Made by a program: the position numbers and the translations under genes. Under the pieces are notes generated by a model. That model did not search any database. It saw nothing but the letters and a program-made list of their open reading frames with translations, and was not told the origin of the DNA. Below are positions 22,701-33,010 of a stretch of DNA of 64,000 nt, in pieces; the first letter of the stretch is position 1; each line of letters starts with the position of its first letter. The stretch comes from an uncultured Chloroflexia bacterium (GTDB lineage Bacteria; Chloroflexota; Anaerolineae; CG2-30-64-16): positions 845,552 through 909,551 of the forward strand of contig CAVZDU010000002.1 of NCBI GenBank assembly GCA_963774265.1, given 5' to 3'.

Positions 22701-23782
22701 TCGGTGGACGTGCGCCAGGCGGGCCCCGGCACGACCGGACCGTGGCATTCTCTCGCGCTGACGGGCATGGACGAACGCTTCATGGCCCAGGCCCGGGAGA
22801 TCTACACCTTCCAACAGCGATCGGCGGGGTTCGAGAACGACGCCGCGGTCTGGCAGGCGCTGCTGGAGCGGGACGACGTGGCCATCGTCACCCCGTTCCT
22901 GGTGGCCAATCCCGACAGCAGCTACGAAAGCTCCGGCGGCGGCGGTGGCAACGACTTGATGGCCACCATCGGCGGGCTCGCCGAGGAGGCCGGCTCTCAG
23001 GATGACGCGCAGGCCACACAGGATGAGCTCAACTTCCGGCTGGCCGGCTTCACCCGGGCGGATGATCTGCCGGAGGTGTGGCTGGAGCTGCGGGACAAGT
23101 CGGGCGGACAGGTGCGCATCCACCGGGTGCAGGTGATCGGCGTGCTGTCGGACATCACCACGGTCAGCATGAACTCGGTCCACGTCAACAGCCGTGCGAT
23201 AGCGCCATCGCCGCCGTCACCGGCGAGGACGTGCGGCCGGACACCTTCTTCATCAAGGTGACCGAGGGCGCGAATGTGCGGGAAGTCGCCCAGGAAGTGG
23301 AGCGGGCCTTCCTGAGCTCCGCGCTGGACGCCACGGTGATCGCGGACAGCTCCGCCCAGGGCCAGGCGTTGACCCGCGGCATCCTGCAACTGTTCCAGGG
23401 TTTCCTGGCCCTCGGGCTGCTGGTGGGCATCGCCGCTCTGGGCGTGATCAGCGCCCGCACCGTGGTGGAGCGACGGCAGCAGGTGGGCATGCTGCGGGCC
23501 ATCGGCTACCAGCCTGAAATGGTCGCGCTCTCCTTTGTGCTGGAGGCCAGCTTCATCGCCCTGGTGGGCATCGGCCTGGGCACCGCTGCGGGCATCCTGA
23601 TGGGACAGGCCATCATCGGCCAACTGTTCAGCGTCATCACGGCCGGGCGCACCCTGGCCGTGCCGTGGGGCCAGATCGGGATCATCGTCCTGGGCGCGTA
23701 CCTTTTCTCGCTGCTCACCACGATCCTGCCCGCGATACAGGCCTCGCGCATCTATCCGGCGGACGCGCTCCGCTACGAGTAG
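19800..23782 (+). CDS. Large FtsX/MacB-type ABC permease, frameshifted into several pieces
   Basis: RNIPRRP..SALIILGL start; two ERR.E/Q.GM.RAIG motifs; ends ASRIYPADALRYE. Confidence 0.85.
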
Positions 23783-23869
23783 GGCGGACCTCCTACATGG
23801 CGACAAGGCTTCCCGGCCTGCCCATACGGGCCGGGAAGCCTTTGAGCGACCACAGGTTTTGTCGCACGA

Positions 23870-23992
23870 GCAGCTCTTGCTGTAGCAGGCGGTGATGGTG
23901 GTGCCATCCGGGATCGATGCAGACACGATACTGGCAAGGCCAAGAAGCATCGCCAATATCAGCGGGATTCCGACCAGGCGGGACTTAATCAT
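23870..23992 (-). pseudogene. N-terminal fragment of a secreted protein
   Basis: AGGAG RBS, signal peptide MIKSRLVGIPLILAMLLGLASIVSA-SIPDGTTITACY, then runs into the convergent permease. Confidence 0.4.
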
Positions 23993-24155
23993 GGTTCACT
24001 CCTGAATGCGTATTGGCTGGATAAAGAGAATGCTAGAGTACGTACGAACCGACAACAGTGATAGCGCTTCCTGTCAAGCACAATCTCTGCACAATATTTA
24101 TGCAACCATTGGCCAAACGGTAACACCGTGCAGGCCCTATTCTACATTGGGGCGC

Positions 24156-24190
24156 TTCCTGAATTGTGGCGCATGTTCTATAATCGTCCT
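24156..24190 (+). promoter_or_regulatory. Putative leaderless promoter of LAL3
   Basis: TATAAT at 24179-24184, 6 bp before ATG 24191. Confidence 0.6.
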
Positions 24191-26935
24191 ATGTCCGCAC
24201 CCATCTTAGCCACCAAACTGTATGTTCCCCCACCCCGGCCTAACGTTGTCCCTCGCCCCCGCCTGATCGGACGGCTGTACGAGGGTCTGCGCCAAAACCA
24301 GGGCTTTAGCCGCAAGCTGACCCTCATCTCGGCCCCCGCCGGCTTCGGTAAAACCACGCTGGTCAGCGAATGGGTCGCGGGTTGGCCGCGCATCGAACCA
24401 AAGGTCCGCGTTGCCTGGCTGTCGCTGGACGAAGGGGACAACGACACGGCACGCTTTCTGGCCTACCTCGTCGCGGCGCTGCAAACGATCGCGCCCCGAG
24501 GGTCCGCTGGCGGCGAGATCGGAGCCGGGGTGCTGGCTAGCCTGCAATCCGCTCAGCCGCCGCCAACCGAATTGCTTCTGACAACCCTGCTCAATGAAAT
24601 CGCCGCGGTCCCGGACCATTTCATCCTCGTCCTGGATGACTACCACGTGGTTGATTCTGAACCGATTGACGCGGCCCTCATCTTTCTGGTGGAACATTTG
24701 CCGCCGCAGATGCACCTGGCCATCGCCACGCGTGAGGATCCACAGCTACCCCTGGCCCGGTACCGCGCCCGGGGCCAGTTGACCGAGCTGCGCGCCGCCG
24801 ACTTGCGTTTCACCCCCGCCGAAGCCGCCGAATTTCTCAACCAGGTGATGGGGTTAAGCCTCTCGCCGGAAAACATCGCCGCCCTGGAAACCCGCACCGA
24901 AGGCTGGATTGCCGGCCTGCAATTAGCCGCGATTTCAATGCGGGGACATGGGGATGCCACCGGCTTCATCCAATCCTTCACCGGGGGCCACCATTTCGTG
25001 CTGGACTACCTGGTTGAAGAAGTGCTGCACCAGCAGCCTCAGAGCATCCAGGCATTCCTGCTGCGCACATCCATCCTCGACCGCCTGTGCGGCCCCCTGT
25101 GTGACGCCGTTATGAACGGGGAGGCCGGCCAGGGCACCCTGGAATATCTCGAACGCGCCAACCTCTTCATCGTCCCGCTGGACAACGAGCGGCGCTGGTA
25201 CCGCTATCACCATCTCTTTGCCGATCTGTTGCGGGGGCGATTGCAGCAGGGCGACGACGCGGCCGAATTGCATCTTCGCGCGAGCCGGTGGTATGAAAAC
25301 AACGGTTATGAGGCCGAAGCCTTCCATCACGCGCTTGCCGCCGGGGATTACGGCCGGGCAGCGGGATTGGCCGAGCTAGCATGGGTGGGCATGGACAGGG
25401 TTTTTCAATCCGCGGCCTGGCTTGGCTGGATCAAAAAACTGCCGGACGAGGAGGTCCGAGCCCGGCCCGTGCTCTGCACCCAGATTGCCTATGCCTTGAC
25501 GGACGCCGGCGAGCTGGAGGCCAGCGAATCGCGCTTGCGGGACGCCGAACGGTGGCTGGATGTCACGGAAGCCTCATCGGGTGCGATGGTTGTCGTGGAT
25601 AAGGAGCTGTTTCGGGCTTTGCCCGCGAGGATCGCAATTATCCGCGCGTCGAATGCCCAGGCCCAGGGCGATTTCGCCGGCACGGTGAAATACGCTGAGC
25701 TGGCGCTCGCTCTCAGTTCTGAAGACGATTTCAATCACGAAGCGGCAACCGTCATTTTGGGCATGGCCAACTGGGCGCGCGGCGAGCTGGAGCCGGCCAA
25801 GAGGGTCATGAAGGATTGGATCAACGGGATGCAAAAGGCCGGCAATACCGCTTTTGCCCTTGTCAGCATGAGCTACCTGGCCGATATGATCGTGTCCCAG
25901 GGGCGTCTCCGGGAGGCAGTAACCGCATACCGGCAAACATTGTCGCTCGCGTCAGCGTGCGACAAATCCGTGCTGCCAATGACGGCGAATGCCCACCTGG
26001 GTTTAGCCTTGATCTTTCACGAGCAAGACAATCAGGAAGCCGCCGCACAAGACCTGCTCCAAAGCAAGGAGCTGGGTGAAGGGACCTCGTTGATTGACTG
26101 GCCCTGTCGCTGGCATCTTGCCCAGGCCCGCCTCAAAGAGGCCGGGGGCGATCTGGAAACCGCTCTTGACCTGCTGGATGAGGCCAGGCGCCTGTATGTC
26201 AGGGAGCCCGTGCCGGATATCCGTCCCGTAGAGGCCTTGAAAGCCAGGGTGTACGTCAAGCAAGGTCGACTAACCAGGGCCTTTGATTGGGTTCGTGAGC
26301 GAGGTCTGACCGTTGATGATGATCTCAGCTACCTGCGCGAGTTCGAGCACATCACCCTGGCCAGGGTGCTCCTCGCCGACTACATGAGCCACCGCGCCGA
26401 ACGCTCCGTGCTTCAGGCTATCGCCTTCCTGGATCGCCTCTTGCAGGCGGCGGAAGCAGGGGGTCGGATAGGGAGCGCGATCGAAATCCTGGCGCTGCAG
26501 GCGCTCGCTCACCGGGCGCAGGGCAACATCCCCCGGGCTCTCGCCTCCCTGGAACGCGCCCTGGCTTTCGCCGAGCCGGAAGGCTATATCCGGGTCTTTG
26601 TCGACGAAGGCCCGGCCATGGCGGACCTTCTGGCAAGGATGAAGGCGGAAGACGAAGAACGGAAGGCGTATGTCCACAGATTGCTCGCTGGTTGCGGAGC
26701 AAAAGAAGCTCGTCCTTCATCCGTCACCCGTCAGCCTACGGTTGAGCCGCTGAGCGAGCGCGAGCTTGAAGTGCTCAGGTTGCTCCGTACGGACTTGAGT
26801 GGCCCCGAAATTGCCCGCGAGCTCATGGTGTCCCTGAACACCCTGCGAACCCACACCAAAAACATCTTCGGAAAGCTTGGGGTGAACAGCCGCCGCGCGG
26901 CCATCCACCGCGCGCAAGAACTCAATTTACTGTAA
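24191..26935 (+). CDS. MalT-like LAL regulator 3 (intact)
   Basis: [71 protein letters not shown]. Confidence 0.95.
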   Translation: MSAPILATKLYVPPPRPNVVPRPRLIGRLYEGLRQNQGFSRKLTLISAPAGFGKTTLVSEWVAGWPRIEPKVRVAWLSLDEGDNDTARFLAYLVAALQTIAPRGSAGGEIGAGVLASLQSAQPPPTELLLTTLLNEIAAVPDHFILVLDDYHVVDSEPIDAALIFLVEHLPPQMHLAIATREDPQLPLARYRARGQLTELRAADLRFTPAEAAEFLNQVMGLSLSPENIAALETRTEGWIAGLQLAAISMRGHGDATGFIQSFTGGHHFVLDYLVEEVLHQQPQSIQAFLLRTSILDRLCGPLCDAVMNGEAGQGTLEYLERANLFIVPLDNERRWYRYHHLFADLLRGRLQQGDDAAELHLRASRWYENNGYEAEAFHHALAAGDYGRAAGLAELAWVGMDRVFQSAAWLGWIKKLPDEEVRARPVLCTQIAYALTDAGELEASESRLRDAERWLDVTEASSGAMVVVDKELFRALPARIAIIRASNAQAQGDFAGTVKYAELALALSSEDDFNHEAATVILGMANWARGELEPAKRVMKDWINGMQKAGNTAFALVSMSYLADMIVSQGRLREAVTAYRQTLSLASACDKSVLPMTANAHLGLALIFHEQDNQEAAAQDLLQSKELGEGTSLIDWPCRWHLAQARLKEAGGDLETALDLLDEARRLYVREPVPDIRPVEALKARVYVKQGRLTRAFDWVRERGLTVDDDLSYLREFEHITLARVLLADYMSHRAERSVLQAIAFLDRLLQAAEAGGRIGSAIEILALQALAHRAQGNIPRALASLERALAFAEPEGYIRVFVDEGPAMADLLARMKAEDEERKAYVHRLLAGCGAKEARPSSVTRQPTVEPLSERELEVLRLLRTDLSGPEIARELMVSLNTLRTHTKNIFGKLGVNSRRAAIHRAQELNLL

Positions 26936-26982
26936 CCAACACCCGTTCACCGACCCCTCACCCCGGCATCGGAATAGCCTCA

Positions 26983-27046
26983 ATCACCACATCGATCACC
27001 ACACCTGGTGATGACGCGTCACCATATAATCGGGTATCTTTGGGTC
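26983..27046 (+). promoter_or_regulatory. TCACCA-type operator/promoter
   Basis: ATCACCA (26983), ATCACCA (26995), inverted TGGTGAT (27006), GTCACCA (27018), then TATCTTTGGGTC. Confidence 0.7.
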
Positions 27047-27079
27047 ATAGAAAAGAGCAAACGGAACCAGGGAGGAAGA

Positions 27080-27499
27080 ATGAACACAAGCACGACGATC
27101 ACCGCAATGGAATCGATGAAATCGAAACTTCAGACATTATGGATATTCCTAATGCTGAACTGGCTGTACTGCGATATCCTCAGCAACATGGAGGCTGGGG
27201 TTCTGCAGGGATACCTGACCGGAAGCGTGGGGAACATCCAGGTCACCCCAACGTTCTTGCTGGGCTCCGCGATCCTCATGGAGATTCCGATAGCCATGGT
27301 TCTCCTGTCCAGGGTGCTGAAATACCGGGCGAATCGTTGGGCCAACATCATTGCCGGGACGATCATGGCGGCTGTTCAGCTTGCGTCGTTCTCTTTTGGC
27401 ACGGGGCCAACGCCGCACTACGTGTTCTATTCGATCATCGAAGTCGCGTGTGCTGCATTCATTGTCTGGTCTGCCTGGAACTGGCGCAACCCCGCCTGA
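27080..27499 (+). CDS. DUF6326-like small membrane protein
   Basis: KSKLQTLWIFLMLNWLYCDI, MEIPIAMVLLSR.L.YRANRWANII; GGAGG RBS. Confidence 0.75.
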   Translation: MNTSTTITAMESMKSKLQTLWIFLMLNWLYCDILSNMEAGVLQGYLTGSVGNIQVTPTFLLGSAILMEIPIAMVLLSRVLKYRANRWANIIAGTIMAAVQLASFSFGTGPTPHYVFYSIIEVACAAFIVWSAWNWRNPA

Positions 27500-27649
27500 G
27501 ACGAGCGGACGAACAAAGTTGGCACATCGTATGCAGTGTTGCCGAGTAATCTGCAATGTGCGCCTATAATCGGGGCCGACTCGGAAGCGTTGGCCGTCCA
27601 GCTGCCACAGCGGCCCCGCATCCCAGCACACTGCAGTAGGAGTATCCGA

Positions 27650-29617
27650 ATGCGTTCTGGAAGAGTATTGGCAGTCTTGAGTTTAGTTGCCCTGCTCATC
27701 GGCCTGTTGCCGGCTGTCCCGGCAAGTGCCCAAACGAGCGCTCTCGGCCCGTCGCCCACCCGGCAGATCCCTGCCGGAGGATTCACCAGCATCCGGTCGG
27801 GGCCTGAGGGACCCGATGGACTTCAGCAGCCGGAATTGCGTCCCGGTTCCACACAAGACGAGGGAGCCGGCAGCTTCAACCGGCCCCGGCCCGGCTTCAA
27901 GAACGGCAAGTTCCCGAAGAAGCCGCTCGACGCCCCAACCGTGCCATCCAGCGCGGTCGCCAGCTCGAACCCTGAGCTCAGCCTCAGCTTCGACGGCCTG
28001 AATCACCGCCAACAACGGCTCGCGAACGGCGGCAACCAGTGGACCCTTGAGCCACCCGACCAGGGGCTCTGCGTAGGCAACGGCTACGTGGTCGAGGTCG
28101 TCAACAGCGTCATCCGTGTGTGGAACACGAGCGGCAGCGCGCTGTCTGGCGTGCAGGATCTCAATACGTTCTTTGGCTACCCCGCCGCCATCGATCGGGC
28201 GACGGGAGTAGTCGGCCCCGACGTGATCGACCCTCAGTGCTATTACGACCCGGACAACAACCGGTTCGTTGTCGACATCACGACGCTCGACGTGGATGCC
28301 GATGGCAACTACAACGGTAAGAACACGATCGACGTCGCTGTCAGTAACACAGGCGACCCAACCGGCGCCTGGACGATCTACAACATTCCAGCCCAAAACG
28401 ATGGGACGGATGGGACGCCCGACCACGGTTGTACGACCGACGGCACGACCCCGGGTCCGTGCTTCCAGGATTATCCGCACATCGGCGCCGACAAATACGG
28501 CGTCTACATCACGACGAACGAGTACGATCTGTTCGGACCCAGCTACAACGCCGCACAGATCTTCGCCTTCTCTAAGGCACAGCTTGCCGCGCACCCGGGG
28601 TCGATCAATATGACGCTGATCGAAAACCTCAGTGTCGACGGCTCGCCGGGCTTCACGGTTTGGCCTGCGACTTCACCGGCCGGGCAGTATGCAAGCGATA
28701 AGAACGGCACCGAATACTTCCTCAGCACGATCGCTGGGGACGGCTCCGAGACCGGGAACCCAACGGGCACCGCCCGGCGTATCGGCCTGTGGGCGGTCAC
28801 CAACACCCGGTCTCTCGGCTCGGCCACGCCGGCCCTCAATTGGACGAGCCGCCTGATCAACAGCGAGACATACGTGTTCCCGCCCCAGGCAGACCAAAAG
28901 CCCGGCAACATCCCAGTGGCCGACTGCATCAACGACGCCACCTCGCCTACGCCATTTGGCCCGGGCTGCTGGCAGATCATCGTCCTCCCGCCTGAACCGG
29001 CTCACAACGAGGTCGAGGTGCACATCGATTCGAACGATACCCGCATGCAACAGACGTGGTACGTGAACGGCGTGCTGTGGGGATCCGCCGATACGGCCGT
29101 GTGGGTCAATGGCGAGCTCAAGGCGGGTGTGGCCTGGTTCGCAGTGCAGCCGAAGATCAACGGCGTTGGGAAGGTGGAAGGCCGGGTCAGGATGCAAGGC
29201 TATCTTGCGCTGGCAAACAACAACCTGACCTACCCTGCCCTCGCGATGGGGACCAACGGCAAGGGCGCGATTGCGTTCACCGTCACAGGTGAGGACTATT
29301 ATCCAAGCGCGGGTTACGCGTCGATCGGTGCGGACGGCTCTGTAGGGCCGATTCACATCGCGCAGGCCGGGCTTGGCCCGGACGACGGCTTCACCGGTTA
29401 CAATGCCTTCGGGTATGTTCGCCCGCGTTGGGGCGACTACGGCGCTGCCGTGACCGACGGCAGCTCGATCTGGATCGCCTCGGAATACATCGGCCAGACC
29501 TGCACCTATGCCGAGTACTATCCCGTCCCGCCGAGTCTCGCCGACTTCGGGAGCTGTGGCGGCACGCGGACGTCCCTCGCCAACTGGGGCACGCGGCTGA
29601 GCAAACTGAATCCGTAG
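27650..29617 (+). CDS. Secreted hypothetical protein (~655 aa, beta-rich)
   Basis: Signal peptide; EPPDQGLCVG, DPQCYYD, DYPHIG, RWGDYG motifs. Confidence 0.8.
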   Translation: MRSGRVLAVLSLVALLIGLLPAVPASAQTSALGPSPTRQIPAGGFTSIRSGPEGPDGLQQPELRPGSTQDEGAGSFNRPRPGFKNGKFPKKPLDAPTVPSSAVASSNPELSLSFDGLNHRQQRLANGGNQWTLEPPDQGLCVGNGYVVEVVNSVIRVWNTSGSALSGVQDLNTFFGYPAAIDRATGVVGPDVIDPQCYYDPDNNRFVVDITTLDVDADGNYNGKNTIDVAVSNTGDPTGAWTIYNIPAQNDGTDGTPDHGCTTDGTTPGPCFQDYPHIGADKYGVYITTNEYDLFGPSYNAAQIFAFSKAQLAAHPGSINMTLIENLSVDGSPGFTVWPATSPAGQYASDKNGTEYFLSTIAGDGSETGNPTGTARRIGLWAVTNTRSLGSATPALNWTSRLINSETYVFPPQADQKPGNIPVADCINDATSPTPFGPGCWQIIVLPPEPAHNEVEVHIDSNDTRMQQTWYVNGVLWGSADTAVWVNGELKAGVAWFAVQPKINGVGKVEGRVRMQGYLALANNNLTYPALAMGTNGKGAIAFTVTGEDYYPSAGYASIGADGSVGPIHIAQAGLGPDDGFTGYNAFGYVRPRWGDYGAAVTDGSSIWIASEYIGQTCTYAEYYPVPPSLADFGSCGGTRTSLANWGTRLSKLNP

Positions 29618-29648
29618 GCCCCCGGCAGGCGTTGTCGGAAACACGACG

Positions 29649-29690
29649 AAGACCCGAAGGGCGCCGCGACGCCTTTCGGGTCTTGTCTTT
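29649..29690 (+). terminator. Intrinsic terminator-like hairpin
   Basis: AAGACCCGAAGGGCG / CGCCTTTCGGGTCTT stem followed by a T-rich tail. Confidence 0.6.
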
Positions 29691-29862
29691 GCGGGGTGGG
29701 CGTCATCCTGGCGGATCAAAGCGAGGTTCTACAAAAGATTGGCCTGCTGTTGGCAGAGTAGCTCCACCATCTCCTGGTGACTGCATCTGGCAGCGGAACG
29801 GCAGCAAAGTTGCCGCCATGGTGGGCGGCTTTCGCGTGGGGCGGGCCGGTCACCTGGGCTGG

Positions 29863-29958
29863 GCCTAACACTGCTTTCAGCTGACGGCTGCGCCGGTCGC
29901 GCTGTGGGTCGCGGCAGGTTCATTGGTGCAGCCGCAGGTGAACCTTGGGCCATTACCC
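29863..29958 (+). repeat. attC-like site 1
   Basis: GCCTAAC core; TTCAGCTGACGGCTGC pairs with GCAGCCGCAGGTGAA leaving an extrahelical base; ends in ATTACCC rather than GTTRRRY. Confidence 0.55.
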
Positions 29959-30380
29959 ATTGGTCCTCCCGGTTGACCTTACCCTCCGTCGCCATTCCCA
30001 TCCACCAAATCCGCCACCTGATCCAGCCTATCGACAGTCTCTTCGATAATGCAGGTTGCCGGCTCAGCCAAGTCGATCTCAATGGCGATGGCGGCCAGGT
30101 CCTCAGCGCTTCTAGCACGCCACCCTCTCGTGATAAAACGTCCAACCTTGACTGTCATCCCCTTTGCGACCATCGCAGTCTGTGATAGCATCTGCGCCAG
30201 GCGACACAAAACCCTGCATGATCGAATCGCGGGCGTGTGTAGAGTGTGCCGGCACGAGCGGCGAGCCGCTTGCGTAGATCAGGGTTTCGCTGATGGACTC
30301 CTTTGCGGGTGTCCGAAGGGTCACAAATGACCAAACGCTCACCCCATATCGATGTAGATCGCTCGCCATTCGGAGGCAGA

Positions 30381-31232
30381 ATGAAGAAAAAAGTATTGGC
30401 CTTCATCAAGATATTTGACGTCGTAATGCTCGCTGCGACCATCGTTTTTTGCGGTGTAATCTCCTTTCTGGACTTCTCTGGATTGCTCGGCAGTTCCGAG
30501 ATGAAGGATAGAATCCCCACCTTCACTCTGCTGGCAGTAGCGCTTTTGGGATTCTACATTTTGCTGGAACGAAGAGGCCAATTGTCGGGGATACATGACA
30601 AGGTTCAGACGATATCGCAATCCGGTGAAGTATTCACCCGGCGCATCATTGAGTCGCTAGATGGCGTGGACGTAACAAGATTCGAAAACCAGTTGTCGTG
30701 CCTGCAGTATGTGAACAAACGACTGCGCTCAACGAGCAAGAGCATTGATGATCTGTCATGGGCACCAGCAAGGATTACGAGCGATGACCTCGAAGTCATA
30801 ACAACAGAGAGGTCAAAGCATCGCGATCTCGTACATGCTACTGCAAGGAAAATACCATATCGCGAGATTTTCATATTCAACGAAGGTAGAAAGGAGAAGT
30901 TACGCGATTCGCTCTCACTGGACACACTAGGATACTCGTGCGGCTATTATGACACCGTGGGTAAGGCACCGCTGTTGCAGTTCATGATCGTTGATGAAGA
31001 GGAAGTCATCGTCTTGACCGGAGGCTATACGTATCTGGCGTTTCGGCACGCGAAGCTGGTTACCCTTTTTCGGCAGTACTATGAGGATATTTGGACAAGA
31101 TCGAGCAAGCTAAAGATCGGCATAAGAGCCGATTTTCATGAACTTGAGAAGGTTCTGGGCACGGAAAAAACTGCCGTTCTCAAGGAGAAAATGACGAGCG
31201 CAGTTCCTGCAGACTTAAATCAAGGGAGTTAG
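30381..31232 (+). CDS. Hypothetical protein, 2 N-terminal TM helices plus cytoplasmic domain (cassette-like ORF)
   Basis: GGAGG RBS, low GC, C-terminal FMIVDEEEVI...LFRQYYEDIW. Confidence 0.75.
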   Translation: MKKKVLAFIKIFDVVMLAATIVFCGVISFLDFSGLLGSSEMKDRIPTFTLLAVALLGFYILLERRGQLSGIHDKVQTISQSGEVFTRRIIESLDGVDVTRFENQLSCLQYVNKRLRSTSKSIDDLSWAPARITSDDLEVITTERSKHRDLVHATARKIPYREIFIFNEGRKEKLRDSLSLDTLGYSCGYYDTVGKAPLLQFMIVDEEEVIVLTGGYTYLAFRHAKLVTLFRQYYEDIWTRSSKLKIGIRADFHELEKVLGTEKTAVLKEKMTSAVPADLNQGS

Positions 31233-31440
31233 GCTATGCCAACTATCAGAATCCCCCGCCTTCCACTGATGTTATTATGGAGGAAACAACCCATCGCAAC
31301 CACTGCCACGATTCCAGCAGACCGGGGATAACCTTCTGGATCGTCATTTGCGGTGATGGCGGGTTGTGGTAGCGCCTGTTCCAGGCAAAGCGACAACTCC
31401 GTCCCAGGGCCGAGCCTGAAAACCAAGCGGGGAGGTTAAA

Positions 31441-31869
31441 ATGCGCGATTGGTTCAAGCTTCATAATGGAAAGCATCACAAAGTTGATGTTGATGAAGGA
31501 TTGTGGCTTCACTATTCGGAAACCTGTAATGTGCATGATCTAGCCATAGTGAGTTCAGCACGCTCAGCTTGGGCTTCTCGTTCAACGACAATCAACGAGA
31601 CTCGCCTTGCTCCCTCTCGCTTGGGTTGGGTAGCAATAAACTATGAAACAAGAGGCCGAATGGCCTTTTTCGTTCAACTAAATGACAAACGCGCAGCATG
31701 GCAACGGATTGAATGGCCGACTGGTTTTGATGAGAACTGGGACGAAGACAAAGTCAGAGAAGCGATCGACAATTTCATCTGCGTGGCGGAGTGTGAAGAG
31801 GAGCGGCGGGATATTACCCAAGAGAGCATAAGAGGCGGCGCAGGTGGTCGACTGCGCCATGCGGAGTGA
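31441..31869 (+). CDS. Hypothetical protein (cassette-like ORF)
   Basis: GGAGGT RBS, 142 aa, low GC. Confidence 0.6.
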   Translation: MRDWFKLHNGKHHKVDVDEGLWLHYSETCNVHDLAIVSSARSAWASRSTTINETRLAPSRLGWVAINYETRGRMAFFVQLNDKRAAWQRIEWPTGFDENWDEDKVREAIDNFICVAECEEERRDITQESIRGGAGGRLRHAE

Positions 31870-32064
31870 CTGCCCCCCCCTTTGTAATCATAGCGGTTTG
31901 TGATAGTATCCCCAAAGCCACACATCACAGCACTTCATCGCAGGCCATCTACTGGCGCATGTATCCTAAAGTGTGCAGCCGGAGCGACATATCCGACGTT
32001 TTGCAGGATAATGATTAGGGCCAGTAATGGGACACGCACCTGACGGGGGACCATCCGACGCAGC

Positions 32065-32811
32065 ATGACAGCAAAAGCTAAACTCGAAACAGCCGCCGCG
32101 ATTGCCGCCATCATCGGTGTAATAGTTGGTCTTCTGACGTGGCTGATGCCATTTGCCCCAATCGGACCTTCACCGCTAGCAAAGGCTTCTCAGACAGAGA
32201 CAACCATGCCAACACAAAGGGTTGGTTTGCCGACTCCTACAAATTCATTGAGAGCACGGGTGGAAACTAGGCCAAGCCCAACATCGGCTGTAACATCGCC
32301 AACGCCCACGCTGCCATTGCCGACTGCCACAAAACAGGCTCAACCCTCGGCTACGGCAATGCCACCAGAGACAATCCAGGGAGAGTTATCTGTGCCATGT
32401 AACAGCAAGGCAGGTGCTCGTCTTGATGTGTCCATTTCTGGACGTTACATGATCAGTTATGCTGGCGGTTCTTATTCGCCAGAGTCCTGGACGGGGCCAT
32501 CTGACCTCCATTGGCGTTCTCGCATAAACATTTATCGCAACAAAGCCGTGCAGTTCGGGGCGCGAGCGTTTCAACAAGGCGACAGCTCTGGCATCACTTA
32601 TTACGAGCCGACTTCGCCTGATGTTATCTTCCCCGGAAACTACGTTAAGATGACGCAATCACAAAGCGAAGACAGCGCACGAGCAGCACCAGCGGTGACC
32701 TTTGATCTGAACAAGGGTGATTTTTTGACTTTTGTGTGTATGGATGACCAACCGTACTTTGCCGACAACCAGGGAGCAATGCACTTCGTCTTTGTGGCGA
32801 CCGGCAGGTAG
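32065..32811 (+). CDS. Membrane-anchored protein with Pro/Thr linker and extracellular domain
   Basis: N-terminal TM helix, PTPT-rich linker, C-terminal DD..YFADNQG. Confidence 0.7.
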   Translation: MTAKAKLETAAAIAAIIGVIVGLLTWLMPFAPIGPSPLAKASQTETTMPTQRVGLPTPTNSLRARVETRPSPTSAVTSPTPTLPLPTATKQAQPSATAMPPETIQGELSVPCNSKAGARLDVSISGRYMISYAGGSYSPESWTGPSDLHWRSRINIYRNKAVQFGARAFQQGDSSGITYYEPTSPDVIFPGNYVKMTQSQSEDSARAAPAVTFDLNKGDFLTFVCMDDQPYFADNQGAMHFVFVATGR

Positions 32812-32892
32812 CGCCACCCTTTCCATTTCATGTTTTTGTCCCGTCGCGCCTGTTTTCAAGCAAGGTTAGGCTGCCACGGTTCGAGGCCACGG

Positions 32893-32987
32893 GCCTAGCT
32901 TTGCTTCCACCTGACGGCTGCACCGGTGGGGCTCGTGCGATTGCAAGTCGCGTCGGGCGCAGCCAAAGCTTGCAACAGCCATTAGGC
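32893..32987 (+). repeat. attC-like site 2 (degenerate)
   Basis: GCCTAGC...TTCCACCTGACGGCTGC...GCAGCC...ATTAGGC, lying between two co-oriented low-GC ORFs. Confidence 0.45.
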
Positions 32988-33010
32988 AGCAGAGGAGTGC
33001 TTTGGAAAGA

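Noticed and set aside
30180-30250. HKTLHDRIAG resembling an RDD-family C-terminus
   Set aside because: Too short and without an intact ORF; at most a decayed cassette remnant.
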